Made by a program: the position numbers and the translations under genes
DNA from: Candidatus Woesearchaeota archaeon
GTDB lineage: Archaea; Nanobdellota; Nanobdellia; Woesearchaeales; JAGVYU01
Direction of reading: 5' to 3'
Assembly: GCA_018303105.1 (NCBI GenBank)
Contig: JAGVYU010000012.1
Location: 1 to 48,112 of the forward strand
DNA: 48,112 nucleotides
Notes under the pieces: model-generated
Told to the model about the DNA's origin: nothing
Databases searched by the model: none
Seen by the model: only the letters and a program-made list of their open reading frames with translations
Part shown: positions 24,022 through 33,645 of the stretch, one piece after another
Layout: each line of letters starts with the position of its first letter
How positions within the stretch are numbered: position 1 is the first letter of the stretch

Positions 24022-26184
24022 TGATACAATAGTAATAAATAGGGGCTCATACCGCATCTCAACCATCCCATTCCCATACACCATCATTAAATGGGGGGAA
24101 ACTTCATAAATCTTCGTTTCCTCCCCATTGACGTACGCTTTCCAGTATGGAAAATAGCTCATTTTGATGAGTATGGGGACTGAATGTTCTGCCTCAACGT
24201 TAAATCGTATATATTCTCGTTCTTTTTCAAGAACTGTAATGCTTTCATTCCCCACTCCAGTGTATTCAGGAAGTTTATCGCCCGTATGCACGTAAACCTT
24301 CGTCTCATTCGCATTGAGCCACCATGCATTCACCTTATCAGTCCAGTTTGATGATATCGTATCAGGCGTGTAATTGATCACATCAATAAGTGGGCTGTTT
24401 CCAATCACATAAGCAATATATTGAACAGATACATTCTTCGTGACCGTCTGATTCCATGATGGCAAAAATCCTTGTGCGATGATCTCGCCCGTGATACGCT
24501 GCGCTGGAGTGCCATTGAGCACGGGCGCATAATACGTGTCATACCGCTTAAGAAGCACCGAATCATTCGTATCGAATGATATAACTTCCTCCGTGGGAGT
24601 TTCATTTACAATATACTGAGCATAGCGATTGCCATAATAGTCAATGGAGAATGTGGTGGTATTGAGAAAAACGATGTACTTGGCCCCGCTTTGGATCGGA
24701 ACATATTGATCTTCCAAAATCCAAAAGCGCTGTGTGTCATTGAGCGAAAACACGGGATATGACACTTCGTATGGAACACGAGGCTCAACAGGACTTATGA
24801 TCGTGTTAATATTGAGCAATTGAGCCCGTGAGAGGATAAGTGACTGCTTTTCCTGAGCGGAGAGATTTCTCAGCGTATTCCAGGATAACCATATTCCCCA
24901 TTCATGCTCCCTTGGATCAACAAGTTTTCCGAACTCTTGGAAATATCTCCCGTTATTCGCCGATTCGACGAGTAAGCCAATTGATCCCTCATTCTGCACA
25001 TGCATAGGAAGAAGATGTCTAAGGCTGTGATGCCCTTGCAAATACTGAGGTAGGGAAACTGCATAATACCTTCCCTCAGGAAGCTCTATGTCTGGAATGT
25101 TGACTGGCTCCGGCCCATGAAGACTTATCGTCGAATAAAATATACTAGCGATGACTATTGCAATGATCCAATACAAGGCTAAAGCGTACTTGTGGGAGAG
25201 CGCTTTGACGAGAAAGAACGGCATGACTAAGTATGCCAGAAGCATGAGCCGGTACACATGCATAGGGATGCTCATGAGATTGCCTATGAGCACGAAAAAC
25301 AGGAGCACGAAGAAAAAGCTGATCAAGGGAAGAATTTCTTCATCCTGCTTTGTATGAATGAGCCATCCCATCAATGCCAGACATATAAGTATTATGCCTA
25401 TCGTGACCTTTGTTAGGGGGAGATAAATATACACAAAGTTCGATGCCCCGGCAGTCAAAAGAAACGGTATCACCCAGAACGCAGTGAGGCCAAATGTGAG
25501 GAAAACATGCTTGAGGGAAAAAATCACGTCTTCTTTCTTCCTTAGCATAATGATTGCGTATGCTGCAAATGCCAATGCCGCGATAAGCGCGATGTACACA
25601 TGCGTGAGCACAAGCAGCGCCATGAGCACGGAAACAAGAATAACCTTTTTCGTCTTAAATGCTTCGTGCAGCGCTCCGAGATAGAAGAAAAGGAGGGGTA
25701 ATGCAAGCGCATTCGTGACTAAGCCAACATTAAATGTTGAGACGAACGTGGCTCCCGGCGCATAATTCCCCGTCATATACCGATACGGTATAAAGAGTAC
25801 GGCTGTCATGAGCACCGATATTGCTACAGATTGCAATCCCGCATATTTGAATTTTCGCGCGCAATAATAGAAAGATAACGGTGTGATTAGAATCGCAATG
25901 CTCAGAACGAGCTTAAACGCTATTTCCAGTGGAAAGATGAAGCTCATCGCAGCCACAATCCACGAAAACAGTCCCGGATAGAACTGATGATGCGGATATC
26001 CTGCGTAAAACTCTGGATTCCAGCCCGTCATAGCAGGCCATAATTCTGTTTTGGTGAACCATGCGTCATATACATGCCCGGGCATGTCTGCGCTAAGCAA
26101 TGCGTTCTGGGTGAGGAAAGGAAAAGTGATGAATAAAAACAAAAATGACTCGATTCCCAATAAAAGCAAGAGATTAAGCTTCAT
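23905..26184 (-). CDS. Multi-TM GT-C-like protein (PTPS-related/YfhO-like)
   Basis: DMPGH, WNP.FYAGYP...FYP, LTAFW..P, C-terminal IKMSYFPYWKAYVNG....IY.VSP.LM. Confidence 0.72.
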   Translation of the reverse strand: MKLNLLLLLGIESFLFLFITFPFLTQNALLSADMPGHVYDAWFTKTELWPAMTGWNPEFYAGYPHHQFYPGLFSWIVAAMSFIFPLEIAFKLVLSIAILITPLSFYYCARKFKYAGLQSVAISVLMTAVLFIPYRYMTGNYAPGATFVSTFNVGLVTNALALPLLFFYLGALHEAFKTKKVILVSVLMALLVLTHVYIALIAALAFAAYAIIMLRKKEDVIFSLKHVFLTFGLTAFWVIPFLLTAGASNFVYIYLPLTKVTIGIILICLALMGWLIHTKQDEEILPLISFFFVLLFFVLIGNLMSIPMHVYRLMLLAYLVMPFFLVKALSHKYALALYWIIAIVIASIFYSTISLHGPEPVNIPDIELPEGRYYAVSLPQYLQGHHSLRHLLPMHVQNEGSIGLLVESANNGRYFQEFGKLVDPREHEWGIWLSWNTLRNLSAQEKQSLILSRAQLLNINTIISPVEPRVPYEVSYPVFSLNDTQRFWILEDQYVPIQSGAKYIVFLNTTTFSIDYYGNRYAQYIVNETPTEEVISFDTNDSVLLKRYDTYYAPVLNGTPAQRITGEIIAQGFLPSWNQTVTKNVSVQYIAYVIGNSPLIDVINYTPDTISSNWTDKVNAWWLNANETKVYVHTGDKLPEYTGVGNESITVLEKEREYIRFNVEAEHSVPILIKMSYFPYWKAYVNGEETKIYEVSPHLMMVYGNGMVEMRYEPLFITIVSLLLSLFCLFLVLSWTVQKSNKRPKRNNNKKLSDGIIKQ

Positions 26185-26231
26185 AAGAGAGCAAAAAGAA
26201 ATTCAATATATATACATTCTGGCTTTGCATA

Positions 26232-26501
26232 TCATATCGGCTGACCGGCACAAGCAACGTAGCATGTTGGGCTGTCCCTGCATTCCGGCTCTGAACTTAC
26301 TCTGGTGCATCCTCCACCGCCAACGCAATTAGTTCGCTCATTACCAATCGATCTGCATCCGGAGTTTCCATCCCAACACTGACCTGATGGGCACAGTAGA
26401 TTTTCATCTTCGGGCCCCTTTCCTGTTTTTGATACCGTACACCCCAGTGCAATCAGGATCAACGATGAAATCATAATAAACAGAACTGTCTTCATCTGCA
26501 T
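26232..26501 (-). CDS. Small Cys-rich secreted protein or lipoprotein
   Basis: Signal ending LIALGC; 8 further Cys in about 50 aa; GAGGTGA RBS upstream. Confidence 0.6.
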   Translation of the reverse strand: MQMKTVLFIMISSLILIALGCTVSKTGKGPEDENLLCPSGQCWDGNSGCRSIGNERTNCVGGGGCTRVSSEPECRDSPTCYVACAGQPI

Positions 26502-26596
26502 TCAATCACCTCCTCTGTATCCTTTTTCCTTTGTTTATAAGCTTTTGGAAACGCACTGCGCAATCTTTATATATCAATGTCATTTTTATTTAACAT

Positions 26597-27133
26597 ATGT
26601 TAGATATTATTAACAATCTTAAGCCATTCTTTGAAGACAATTACCGGAAAATCAGCGTCAGAGAGTATGCGCGAATAATGCGCATTAGCGCGCCAACCGC
26701 ATCCAAGCATCTGGAAGCCTATCATAAAAACAATCTTTTGCAAAAGGAGCGCTTTCGTGCGTACATTTTCTATTTTGCTCAGAGGGATGAGCCAGTGTTT
26801 ATTCATTTATGCCGCATATATTGGTACCATAGGATTAAAAACGCAGGGATCATAAGGCATATTGAAGAAAAAGCGCTTGACCCCCTCATCATATTGTATG
26901 GATCTGCGTCAAAGGCAGAAATTTCTTCCGGTTCTGATGTAGATATTGCGGTCGTGAGGGTAGATGAGCCGATAAACCTTCAAAATTTTCGGAAATCGTT
27001 CGGTAGGGAGCTTCATGTTTTCAGTTTTAAGAGCGTAAGCGAAATTAAACACCCCTTCCTGTACAGCTTGACGAATGGATTCATATTGAGAGGTAATTGG
27101 TATGAGCTGGGAGGGAAAAAAGACAAAGGCTGA
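26597..27133 (+). CDS. HTH plus minimal nucleotidyltransferase (MNT antitoxin)
   Basis: N-terminal HTH (SVREYAR...ISAPTASK.L); LYGS.SK......SDVDIAV. Confidence 0.82.
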   Translation: MLDIINNLKPFFEDNYRKISVREYARIMRISAPTASKHLEAYHKNNLLQKERFRAYIFYFAQRDEPVFIHLCRIYWYHRIKNAGIIRHIEEKALDPLIILYGSASKAEISSGSDVDIAVVRVDEPINLQNFRKSFGRELHVFSFKSVSEIKHPFLYSLTNGFILRGNWYELGGKKDKG

Positions 27134-27491
27134 TTTTAATAGGTACTCCTCTCTTAAAACAAGATATCTCGATCATTACCATTTCCAAAAGGATTCTCCA
27201 TTAACGGAGCAAAGTGCATCCACGAAAGTGTGCCTGGTTTATGACAGTATTAGGGCCGGCATTGAGGCGCTTACAGCACTCCATGGATATAGGGTTTATA
27301 CTCATGTTGGCTTGGTTGAGTTTATCAAACAAACGCTAAAGAATGACGCACTGGCGTCAAGATTTGACACATATAGGATCATTAGGAACCGAATCCAGTA
27401 TGATGGAAAGAATATCAGCGTTCAAAAAGCGGCGAAATTGATTGAAGACATGGAGGATTTTCTATATCACCTCGGTCATTTACTGCAATGA
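27102..27491 (+). CDS. HEPN-domain protein (toxin partner of MNT)
   Basis: YDSIR...EAL....GY....H; R..RNRIQYDG (Rx4Y variant); overlaps the MNT gene. Confidence 0.7.
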   Translation: MSWEGKKTKADFNRYSSLKTRYLDHYHFQKDSPLTEQSASTKVCLVYDSIRAGIEALTALHGYRVYTHVGLVEFIKQTLKNDALASRFDTYRIIRNRIQYDGKNISVQKAAKLIEDMEDFLYHLGHLLQ

Positions 27492-28417
27492 ATGCGCACC
27501 AGATTTTTATCATCCTAAGTACCTTGATTCTCAGTTCTTGCGCTCAGGAGTATATCCCTTCTACAGTTACCTTCTGCCAATCCGGAAACTGCACAACAAC
27601 TCTAACATCCGAGCTGAGTTCAGCCAAATCGACGCTCCACTGCGCTTTTTATGATCTTGACCTCCCTGAAATCATTGCGGTTTTGCAGAAAAAAAGCAAA
27701 ACAAATGACGTAAAACTGGTAATGGACCGGGATAATTACAATCCATCCATCCTCCCAAAGGACAAACTGCGCACAAACAAAGGCTCGCAGCTCATGCATA
27801 ATAAGTTCTGCGTCATAGACGGAAAAACCGTGACAACGGGTTCATTCAATCCAACGTACAATGACGCGTATGTGAATGATAATAATCTCGTCGTGTTTGA
27901 CTCCGCGGAAATGGCTTCAGTATACGAGACTGAGTTTGCTGAGCTTTGGCAGGGCAAGTTTGGAAAGGGGAACCGTTCGAAATCCTCTTTCGGTAACGTA
28001 AACGTATATTTCTGTCCCGAGGATCATTGCGCTGAACGTTTACGGAATGAGATAAAGAAAGCAAAATCAAACATTCAATTTATGGTCTTCTCATTCACAC
28101 ATTCGGGTGTCGGTAACGAGCTCATTCTCGCGCACGAGCGCGGAGTTGACGTGAGTGGTATTTTCGACAAGTCGCAAAACAGCAGATTTTCGCAGGCTAA
28201 ACGACTTAAAGCGCAAGGCATGGATATCAAGATTGAAGAAAACCCGGGAAAGCTCCATCATAAGGTGTTCATCATTGATGAAAAAACAGTAATCACGGGC
28301 TCATTCAATCCCTCCGAAAACGCGGATGAGCGGAATGACGAGAATATGGTGATTATCCGCGATCCTGTGATTGCATCGTTATTTTCCGATGAATATGAGC
28401 GTTTGAAAAAAACATAA
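27488..28417 (+). CDS. Phospholipase D superfamily protein (Nuc-like), secreted or lipoprotein
   Basis: Two HKD motifs, HNKFCVID..TGSFN and HHKVFIID..TGSFN; signal LSSC. Confidence 0.9.
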   Translation: MNAHQIFIILSTLILSSCAQEYIPSTVTFCQSGNCTTTLTSELSSAKSTLHCAFYDLDLPEIIAVLQKKSKTNDVKLVMDRDNYNPSILPKDKLRTNKGSQLMHNKFCVIDGKTVTTGSFNPTYNDAYVNDNNLVVFDSAEMASVYETEFAELWQGKFGKGNRSKSSFGNVNVYFCPEDHCAERLRNEIKKAKSNIQFMVFSFTHSGVGNELILAHERGVDVSGIFDKSQNSRFSQAKRLKAQGMDIKIEENPGKLHHKVFIIDEKTVITGSFNPSENADERNDENMVIIRDPVIASLFSDEYERLKKT

Positions 28418-28449
28418 GGTTCTTATATCGCGCAACGTTTTCTAAAAAT

Positions 28450-29436
28450 ATGAAAAAATATGCGGCGTACGGCATCGGAAATGCCATGGTCGATATTATC
28501 ATTGAGCTCAGTGATGCTGATCTCAGTCAGCTCAACATTCCAAAAGGCTCAGCGAGAATTATTGAAGAATCTGAGTCCAAGAAATTCTTTGAGCGCTTTA
28601 AGAACCATCCAAAAAAAATAGTTTCTGGAGGAAGCACCGCAAATACATTTGCCGCGCTTGGACACTTAGGAATTCCGTGTCTGTACTGCGGTTGTGTCGG
28701 AAATGATGAGTTTGGAGACTTGTTCGAGAAGCAGCTTATTGATGAAGGGGTTACAGTGCGTCTTGCGAGATCGCAACACAACACGGGACACGTGTTCACA
28801 TTCGTGACGCCAGACGGGCAGCGTTCATTTGCTGGATGCTTTGGGGCAGCGCGCGAGATTCATAAAGGATTAGTAACAGAAGAAGATGTAGAACAATGTG
28901 CTGTCATCTACATCGAAGGCTATCTCCTTGAGCACGAGGCTGGCAGAGAAAGCGCGATTAAGGCTATGGATCTGGGAAAACGCTTTGGTGCAAAAACCGC
29001 GTTAGACATAGGTTCTCCTCATTTGATTGCTGCAATTCATCGTGATCTCAAAACGATTCTCAAGACGTATGTTGATATTCTTTTCCTTAATGAAGATGAA
29101 GCGAAGGAGTTTACTGGCCAAGAAGGAGATAATGCCGTGCAAATGCTTCGTCATCTTGTGAAACTCGTCATCTTAAAGCTCGGGGATAAAGGATCACTCG
29201 TATGCTCTGAAGACAGCTCTGTAAGTATTCCTTGTTTTTATGTCAAACCTCTTGACACGACAGGAGCTGGAGATTTGTTTGCGGCAGGATTCCTCTATGG
29301 CCTCGCAAAGGGCAAAACCCCCGAAAGAGCCGCACATATTGGCAGTTATGTCGCTTCAAAGATCGTTACGGTATTAGGCGGTAGGCTTGAGAAGAATATT
29401 AAAAACGATGTTGAAGAGTTTTTGAAAACGATTTAA
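28450..29436 (+). CDS. PfkB-family kinase, probably adenosine kinase
   Basis: GIGNAMVD, SGGSTANT, VGNDEFG, FLNEDEA, DTTGAGDLFAAGFLYG. Confidence 0.88.
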   Translation: MKKYAAYGIGNAMVDIIIELSDADLSQLNIPKGSARIIEESESKKFFERFKNHPKKIVSGGSTANTFAALGHLGIPCLYCGCVGNDEFGDLFEKQLIDEGVTVRLARSQHNTGHVFTFVTPDGQRSFAGCFGAAREIHKGLVTEEDVEQCAVIYIEGYLLEHEAGRESAIKAMDLGKRFGAKTALDIGSPHLIAAIHRDLKTILKTYVDILFLNEDEAKEFTGQEGDNAVQMLRHLVKLVILKLGDKGSLVCSEDSSVSIPCFYVKPLDTTGAGDLFAAGFLYGLAKGKTPERAAHIGSYVASKIVTVLGGRLEKNIKNDVEEFLKTI

Positions 29437-29906
29437 AGCTCTTCCTTCACCGTCGTCGTCACAACCATTGTCAATGTTTTCTTAATTTCGGCCTGCTTGC
29501 GCGCGCTGATAATATACTCATTAAACTCATTCACATCTTTAAATTTGAATTTGAGCAAGAGATCATATTCTCCAGTTATTCCAAACATTTCTTTGAGCCT
29601 ATGATCCTCTGTAAACGCTTTCGTGAGCTCTCCTTCCGTCGTCACAAGCATGAACACGATGAAATTCTCTCCAAACGCCTTGTTATTCACTTTTATCGTG
29701 AATTTCTCTATGACTCCAGAAGTCCTAAGCCTCTGGATCCTCTGATGCACCGTGCTGGGCCGAATGCCTGTTTTTTTGGCAATGTCACGGATGGGCATCC
29801 TGGAATCCGTTCGCAGTAAATTGAGAATGCTGTGGTCTTTTTCGTCCAGAGTGACGTCTAAAGCCCACCCCCCCGTTCGCTTTCCGGGGTTTCCTTGTCG
29901 TCTCAT
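29433..29906 (-). CDS. Lrp/AsnC transcriptional regulator
   Basis: LDEKD..IL..L..DSR.P...IA...G....TV..RI.RL...GVI, ITGEYDLL; start uncertain. Confidence 0.9.
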   Translation of the reverse strand: MRRQGNPGKRTGGWALDVTLDEKDHSILNLLRTDSRMPIRDIAKKTGIRPSTVHQRIQRLRTSGVIEKFTIKVNNKAFGENFIVFMLVTTEGELTKAFTEDHRLKEMFGITGEYDLLLKFKFKDVNEFNEYIISARKQAEIKKTLTMVVTTTVKEEL

Positions 29907-30141
29907 AAAATAAAAATAAGAACTCCCTGAAAAACAGAAATGAGCACGCCGAAGTCAATAGTGAAGTTGGGGGTTGATTTTCAGAGAGCTCCAAAAGTCG
30001 GCGCTCATAGGGTTGTCCTGTTTAAGAAATATTTAAATGTTTCGTTATTTGTCCAAAAATAGCCATTTTTATTGGAAATTTTCCAATATTAACGCCAGAA
30101 TGTATATAAAATATCCACAATTACGCATCGACGGTGATATT

Positions 30142-31545
30142 ATGAGTCATGATTCCAAGGTTGCCGACATAAAATTAGCAGAATTCGGAAGAAAGGAGAT
30201 TGAGATTGCCGAGCATGAGATGCCGGGCTTAATGGCTCTCCGGGAAAAATACGGAAAGCAAAAACCGCTCGCTGGCGCAAGAATCACAGGATCATTGCAT
30301 ATGACGATTCAGACTGCTGTTCTTATTGAAACATTGACGGCGTTAGGGGCGCAAGTCCGCTGGGCTTCATGCAACATCTACTCGACGCAGGATCAGGCAG
30401 CAGCTGCCATTGCGCAGGCAGGAATTCCTGTATTTGCTTATAAAGGAGAATCTTTGAAAGAGTACTGGAAGTTCACCTTAAAAGCGCTTGACTTTGGAGG
30501 GAAAGGTCCATTGCTCATCGTTGATGATGGCGGAGACGCAACCTTAATGATCCATAAGGGGGTTGAGATAGAAAAAAATCCTGAACTCCTTGACAAGGAA
30601 TATAGCAAAGAGAGTGAGGACTATCGCGAGCTCATGGCCTGCCTCAAAGTGCAGTACGCGAAGGATAACACATTCTGGACGAGGATGGCGAAGGAAGTCA
30701 AAGGCGTTTCAGAGGAAACGACAACGGGCGTGCATCGCCTGTATCAGATGATGGACAAAGGTGAGCTAATCTTCCCCGCCATTAATGTTAATGACTCCGT
30801 CACAAAGTCAAAATTCGACAATCTGTATGGCTGCAGGGAATCGCTTGCGGACGGCTTGAAGCGAGCGATGGATGTCATGATCGCCGGAAAAACCGTCGTT
30901 GTTGCGGGCTATGGCGATGTGGGTAAAGGCTGCGCGCAGAGCATGAGGGGATTTGGAGCCCGCGTTATCATCTCTGAAATCGATCCCATTAACGCTCTGC
31001 AGGCGGTCATGGAGGGATATGAAGTAAAACCCATTGATGAAGTTATCAAAGAGGCTCATATTTTTGTCAGCGCGACGGGCAACTGCGATGTCATCACGAT
31101 TGACCACATGAAAACCATGCAGGACCAGGCAATCGTGTGCAACATTGGCCATTTCGACACCGAGATTCAGGTGGACGCGCTGAAAAAATTCCCGGGCATA
31201 AAAAAAGTCAATATCAAGCCGCAGGTGGACAAATATGTGTTTCCGGATGGGCACGCAATTTTCCTGCTTGCTGACGGCAGATTATGTAATTTAGGATGCG
31301 CCACAGGCCATCCGAGCTTTGTCATGTCAACATCGTTTACAAACCAAGTCCTCGCGCAATTAGATCTCTGGCAGAATAAGCATGAAGTTGGGGTTTATGT
31401 CATGCCAAAAAAACTTGATGAAGAAGTTGCAAGGCTGCATTTGGACAAGCTCGGAGTAAAGCTAACAAAGCTTACAAAGAAACAGTCAGACTATCTGGGA
31501 ATCAAACAGGAAGGTCCGTTTAAGGCGGAGCAGTATAGGTACTAG
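30142..31545 (+). CDS. ahcY: Adenosylhomocysteinase
   Basis: [69 protein letters not shown]; GGTGA RBS before MSHDSK. Confidence 0.97.
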   Translation: MSHDSKVADIKLAEFGRKEIEIAEHEMPGLMALREKYGKQKPLAGARITGSLHMTIQTAVLIETLTALGAQVRWASCNIYSTQDQAAAAIAQAGIPVFAYKGESLKEYWKFTLKALDFGGKGPLLIVDDGGDATLMIHKGVEIEKNPELLDKEYSKESEDYRELMACLKVQYAKDNTFWTRMAKEVKGVSEETTTGVHRLYQMMDKGELIFPAINVNDSVTKSKFDNLYGCRESLADGLKRAMDVMIAGKTVVVAGYGDVGKGCAQSMRGFGARVIISEIDPINALQAVMEGYEVKPIDEVIKEAHIFVSATGNCDVITIDHMKTMQDQAIVCNIGHFDTEIQVDALKKFPGIKKVNIKPQVDKYVFPDGHAIFLLADGRLCNLGCATGHPSFVMSTSFTNQVLAQLDLWQNKHEVGVYVMPKKLDEEVARLHLDKLGVKLTKLTKKQSDYLGIKQEGPFKAEQYRY

Positions 31546-31765
31546 AAAAGACATACTGCATTGAATGAACTGCCAAAATACTGATTAAAATAACCAGCGA
31601 TTACTTTCCTTTGGTAAAGGAGAGAGATATCGGACTTTCCTTTCTACGAGTAAATATCATTTCCATTGGTAATGTAACTTCTTGTATATTAGTAATGAAT
31701 ATGGTTGGTATCTTTAAAAGAGTTGGAAGATTCAAATGTGAGCCTATTCTAAAAAAAAGAAAAAA

Positions 31766-32590
31766 TTATGCCGTGCAACATGTGAACCTCAGCACACTCG
31801 GATCCGTCTTCAATTTGCAGGCAGACAGCTCGGTGAATTGCCTCCCATTATCGCCCCAACGGGTTAGAGCTGCAATACATGTCTTTTGAATCTTGGCACA
31901 TAGTTGACCCGCCGTGGTAAGACCATTGCTATCTTGAGGAATAACGCCAAAAATCGAATCAGATCTGCAAACAATTTTACCATTTTGATAGCTGCAAAGT
32001 GTATCCATGCTGTACATATCGCATTGCGCCAGCATATTAAGCACATCCTGCTTTGTCAATCCACTTCCTCCCCCAATCGGCTGTCCATATTGTGTAATCG
32101 GTCCTTTGACGTCTAGACCGCCAATGATTTGAGTCTTATCAGTGGGTGACGACAGTGTAACAATGCCCAGATCATCTGTGTAGAATTTTCCATAGATTCC
32201 AGGACTCTTTCGGTTTTGGAGAATAATCGTTCCCGGGATTGTAACGGTTTCTGCTGCTGGACGAATGACTAATCCGCCGGAGCTATCCATCGTTATGCTT
32301 GACTTTTCGTTCAACCCATAACGCGCAAAGCTCAAGTCAGACCCATAAATCTTTAGTGCACCATTCCTAGTAAGCGTTGCACTCTCTTTTCCAGATGAAA
32401 GATCTTGAAATCTCCACCCCAGCGAATCGCCCTGTATACGCAATTTGGCATCTTGCCACTCAACATAACCGCCACTCGCTAGCACCGCTCCTTGTTGTGT
32501 TATAATGGCCGCTTCGCCTGTTTTTTGCGCGTTGCACGCCGCAAGCATCAAGACAGCAATTCCTAATAAAACAAACGCAGAAATTCTCAT
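31766..32590 (-). CDS. Secreted or lipoprotein hypothetical with beta-rich repeats and a Cys-rich C-terminus
   Basis: Signal ending LAAC; Gly-rich short strands; 8 Cys in the C-terminal ~85 aa; GGTGA RBS. Confidence 0.65.
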   Translation of the reverse strand: MRISAFVLLGIAVLMLAACNAQKTGEAAIITQQGAVLASGGYVEWQDAKLRIQGDSLGWRFQDLSSGKESATLTRNGALKIYGSDLSFARYGLNEKSSITMDSSGGLVIRPAAETVTIPGTIILQNRKSPGIYGKFYTDDLGIVTLSSPTDKTQIIGGLDVKGPITQYGQPIGGGSGLTKQDVLNMLAQCDMYSMDTLCSYQNGKIVCRSDSIFGVIPQDSNGLTTAGQLCAKIQKTCIAALTRWGDNGRQFTELSACKLKTDPSVLRFTCCTA

Positions 32591-32677
32591 TGTATCACCT
32601 TTTTTTTGAAATGGAGTTAATGATCATTCCAAAGGGTATTCGTATTTAAACATTTCGGAGATGGAAACAACAAAGAA

Positions 32678-33403
32678 CTAAAACACCACAACCTCGTTCG
32701 GATCAACGACAATGCCCTTTTGAGTAATATGCATCGCGTATGTCTTGTTCGGAATATGCGTTCCCCGCATCTTGAGAATTTCTATAGCACGCCTGCGCAG
32801 TCCGCGTATTTTAACATGGTACATCGCAATAATTGAGTCAACCTCAAACTCAACATTCGACTCGAGAAAATCCTGGTCGATGTGGCGTTCCTGCGCCGTT
32901 AACAATGCGGTCACATCCCACTTGTTCAGCATTTCAAATAAAGCCAACGCCGCTTCCTTCTTCGCAAGCTCGTCCTGGTACAGCAAGGCAAACGAAGTAA
33001 CGCTATCTATCACAATCCTTTTCGCTTTTGATTTCTCGATCAGCGTGTCAATCATGCCTCCTCCTTCCGTAATAACTTTTTTCACCTGCTCCGGGCTATA
33101 TTCGAGGAACATGAACATGCCTTCCTTCTCAAGCTTCGCGAGATCCCATCCGAACACGATCATGTCCTCGTAAATTTTCTCTTTGTGCTCCTCAAACGTG
33201 ATGTAGATTCCGGGCTCTTTATGGTTCATGATGCCCTCGAGAAGAAACTGGATGGCAAAGATTGTTTTGCCGGAACCCGCAGACCCCGCAAGCATATTCA
33301 CGGATCCCCTTTTTAAGCCACCTTCAACGAGCTTGTCAAATCCAGGAATTCCCACTGGAACGCGCGCGGTCTCCACCTTTTTCTTGACCATAAGCGTGTC
33401 CAT
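32678..33403 (-). CDS. KaiC/RAD55-like single-domain RecA-superfamily ATPase
   Basis: GIPGFD..VEGG, GSAGSGKT, YITFEE, RIVIDS, ILKMRGT. Confidence 0.9.
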   Translation of the reverse strand: MDTLMVKKKVETARVPVGIPGFDKLVEGGLKRGSVNMLAGSAGSGKTIFAIQFLLEGIMNHKEPGIYITFEEHKEKIYEDMIVFGWDLAKLEKEGMFMFLEYSPEQVKKVITEGGGMIDTLIEKSKAKRIVIDSVTSFALLYQDELAKKEAALALFEMLNKWDVTALLTAQERHIDQDFLESNVEFEVDSIIAMYHVKIRGLRRRAIEILKMRGTHIPNKTYAMHITQKGIVVDPNEVVVF

Positions 33404-33489
33404 AAAAAGAGGGTATAAAAAGGTTGTGAAATGCTCTGGGAGAAATCCAAATCGCAAACTATTTAAGCAGCTTAATGATTGAGGCTAGA

Positions 33490-33645
33490 ATGCTTGATAC
33501 GAAGATTATGATTGCAGCGTACGTTATTGTTGTGCTCTATCTCATCCTGAGAGTATCAAGAAGGCAGCGCTTTAAGGAATATCACGCTGAACTGCACAAG
33601 ATTCTCAATAAGGAAGAATATAAAGTGAAAGGCCGGTTTGACTAA
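33490..33645 (+). CDS. Small (51 aa) single-TM protein, below the ORF-track cutoff
   Basis: Translated by hand: MLDTKIMIAAYVIVVLYLILRVSRRQRFKEYHAELHKILNKEEYKVKGRFD; TTTAAG about 25 nt upstream; stop overlaps the lemA stop. Confidence 0.62.
   Translation: MLDTKIMIAAYVIVVLYLILRVSRRQRFKEYHAELHKILNKEEYKVKGRFD

Noticed and set aside
29923-30007. Canonical SAH riboswitch call
   Set aside because: The core consensus is not evident, and ahcY has a closer TATA-like box at about 30102-30110. Kept only as a candidate finding.
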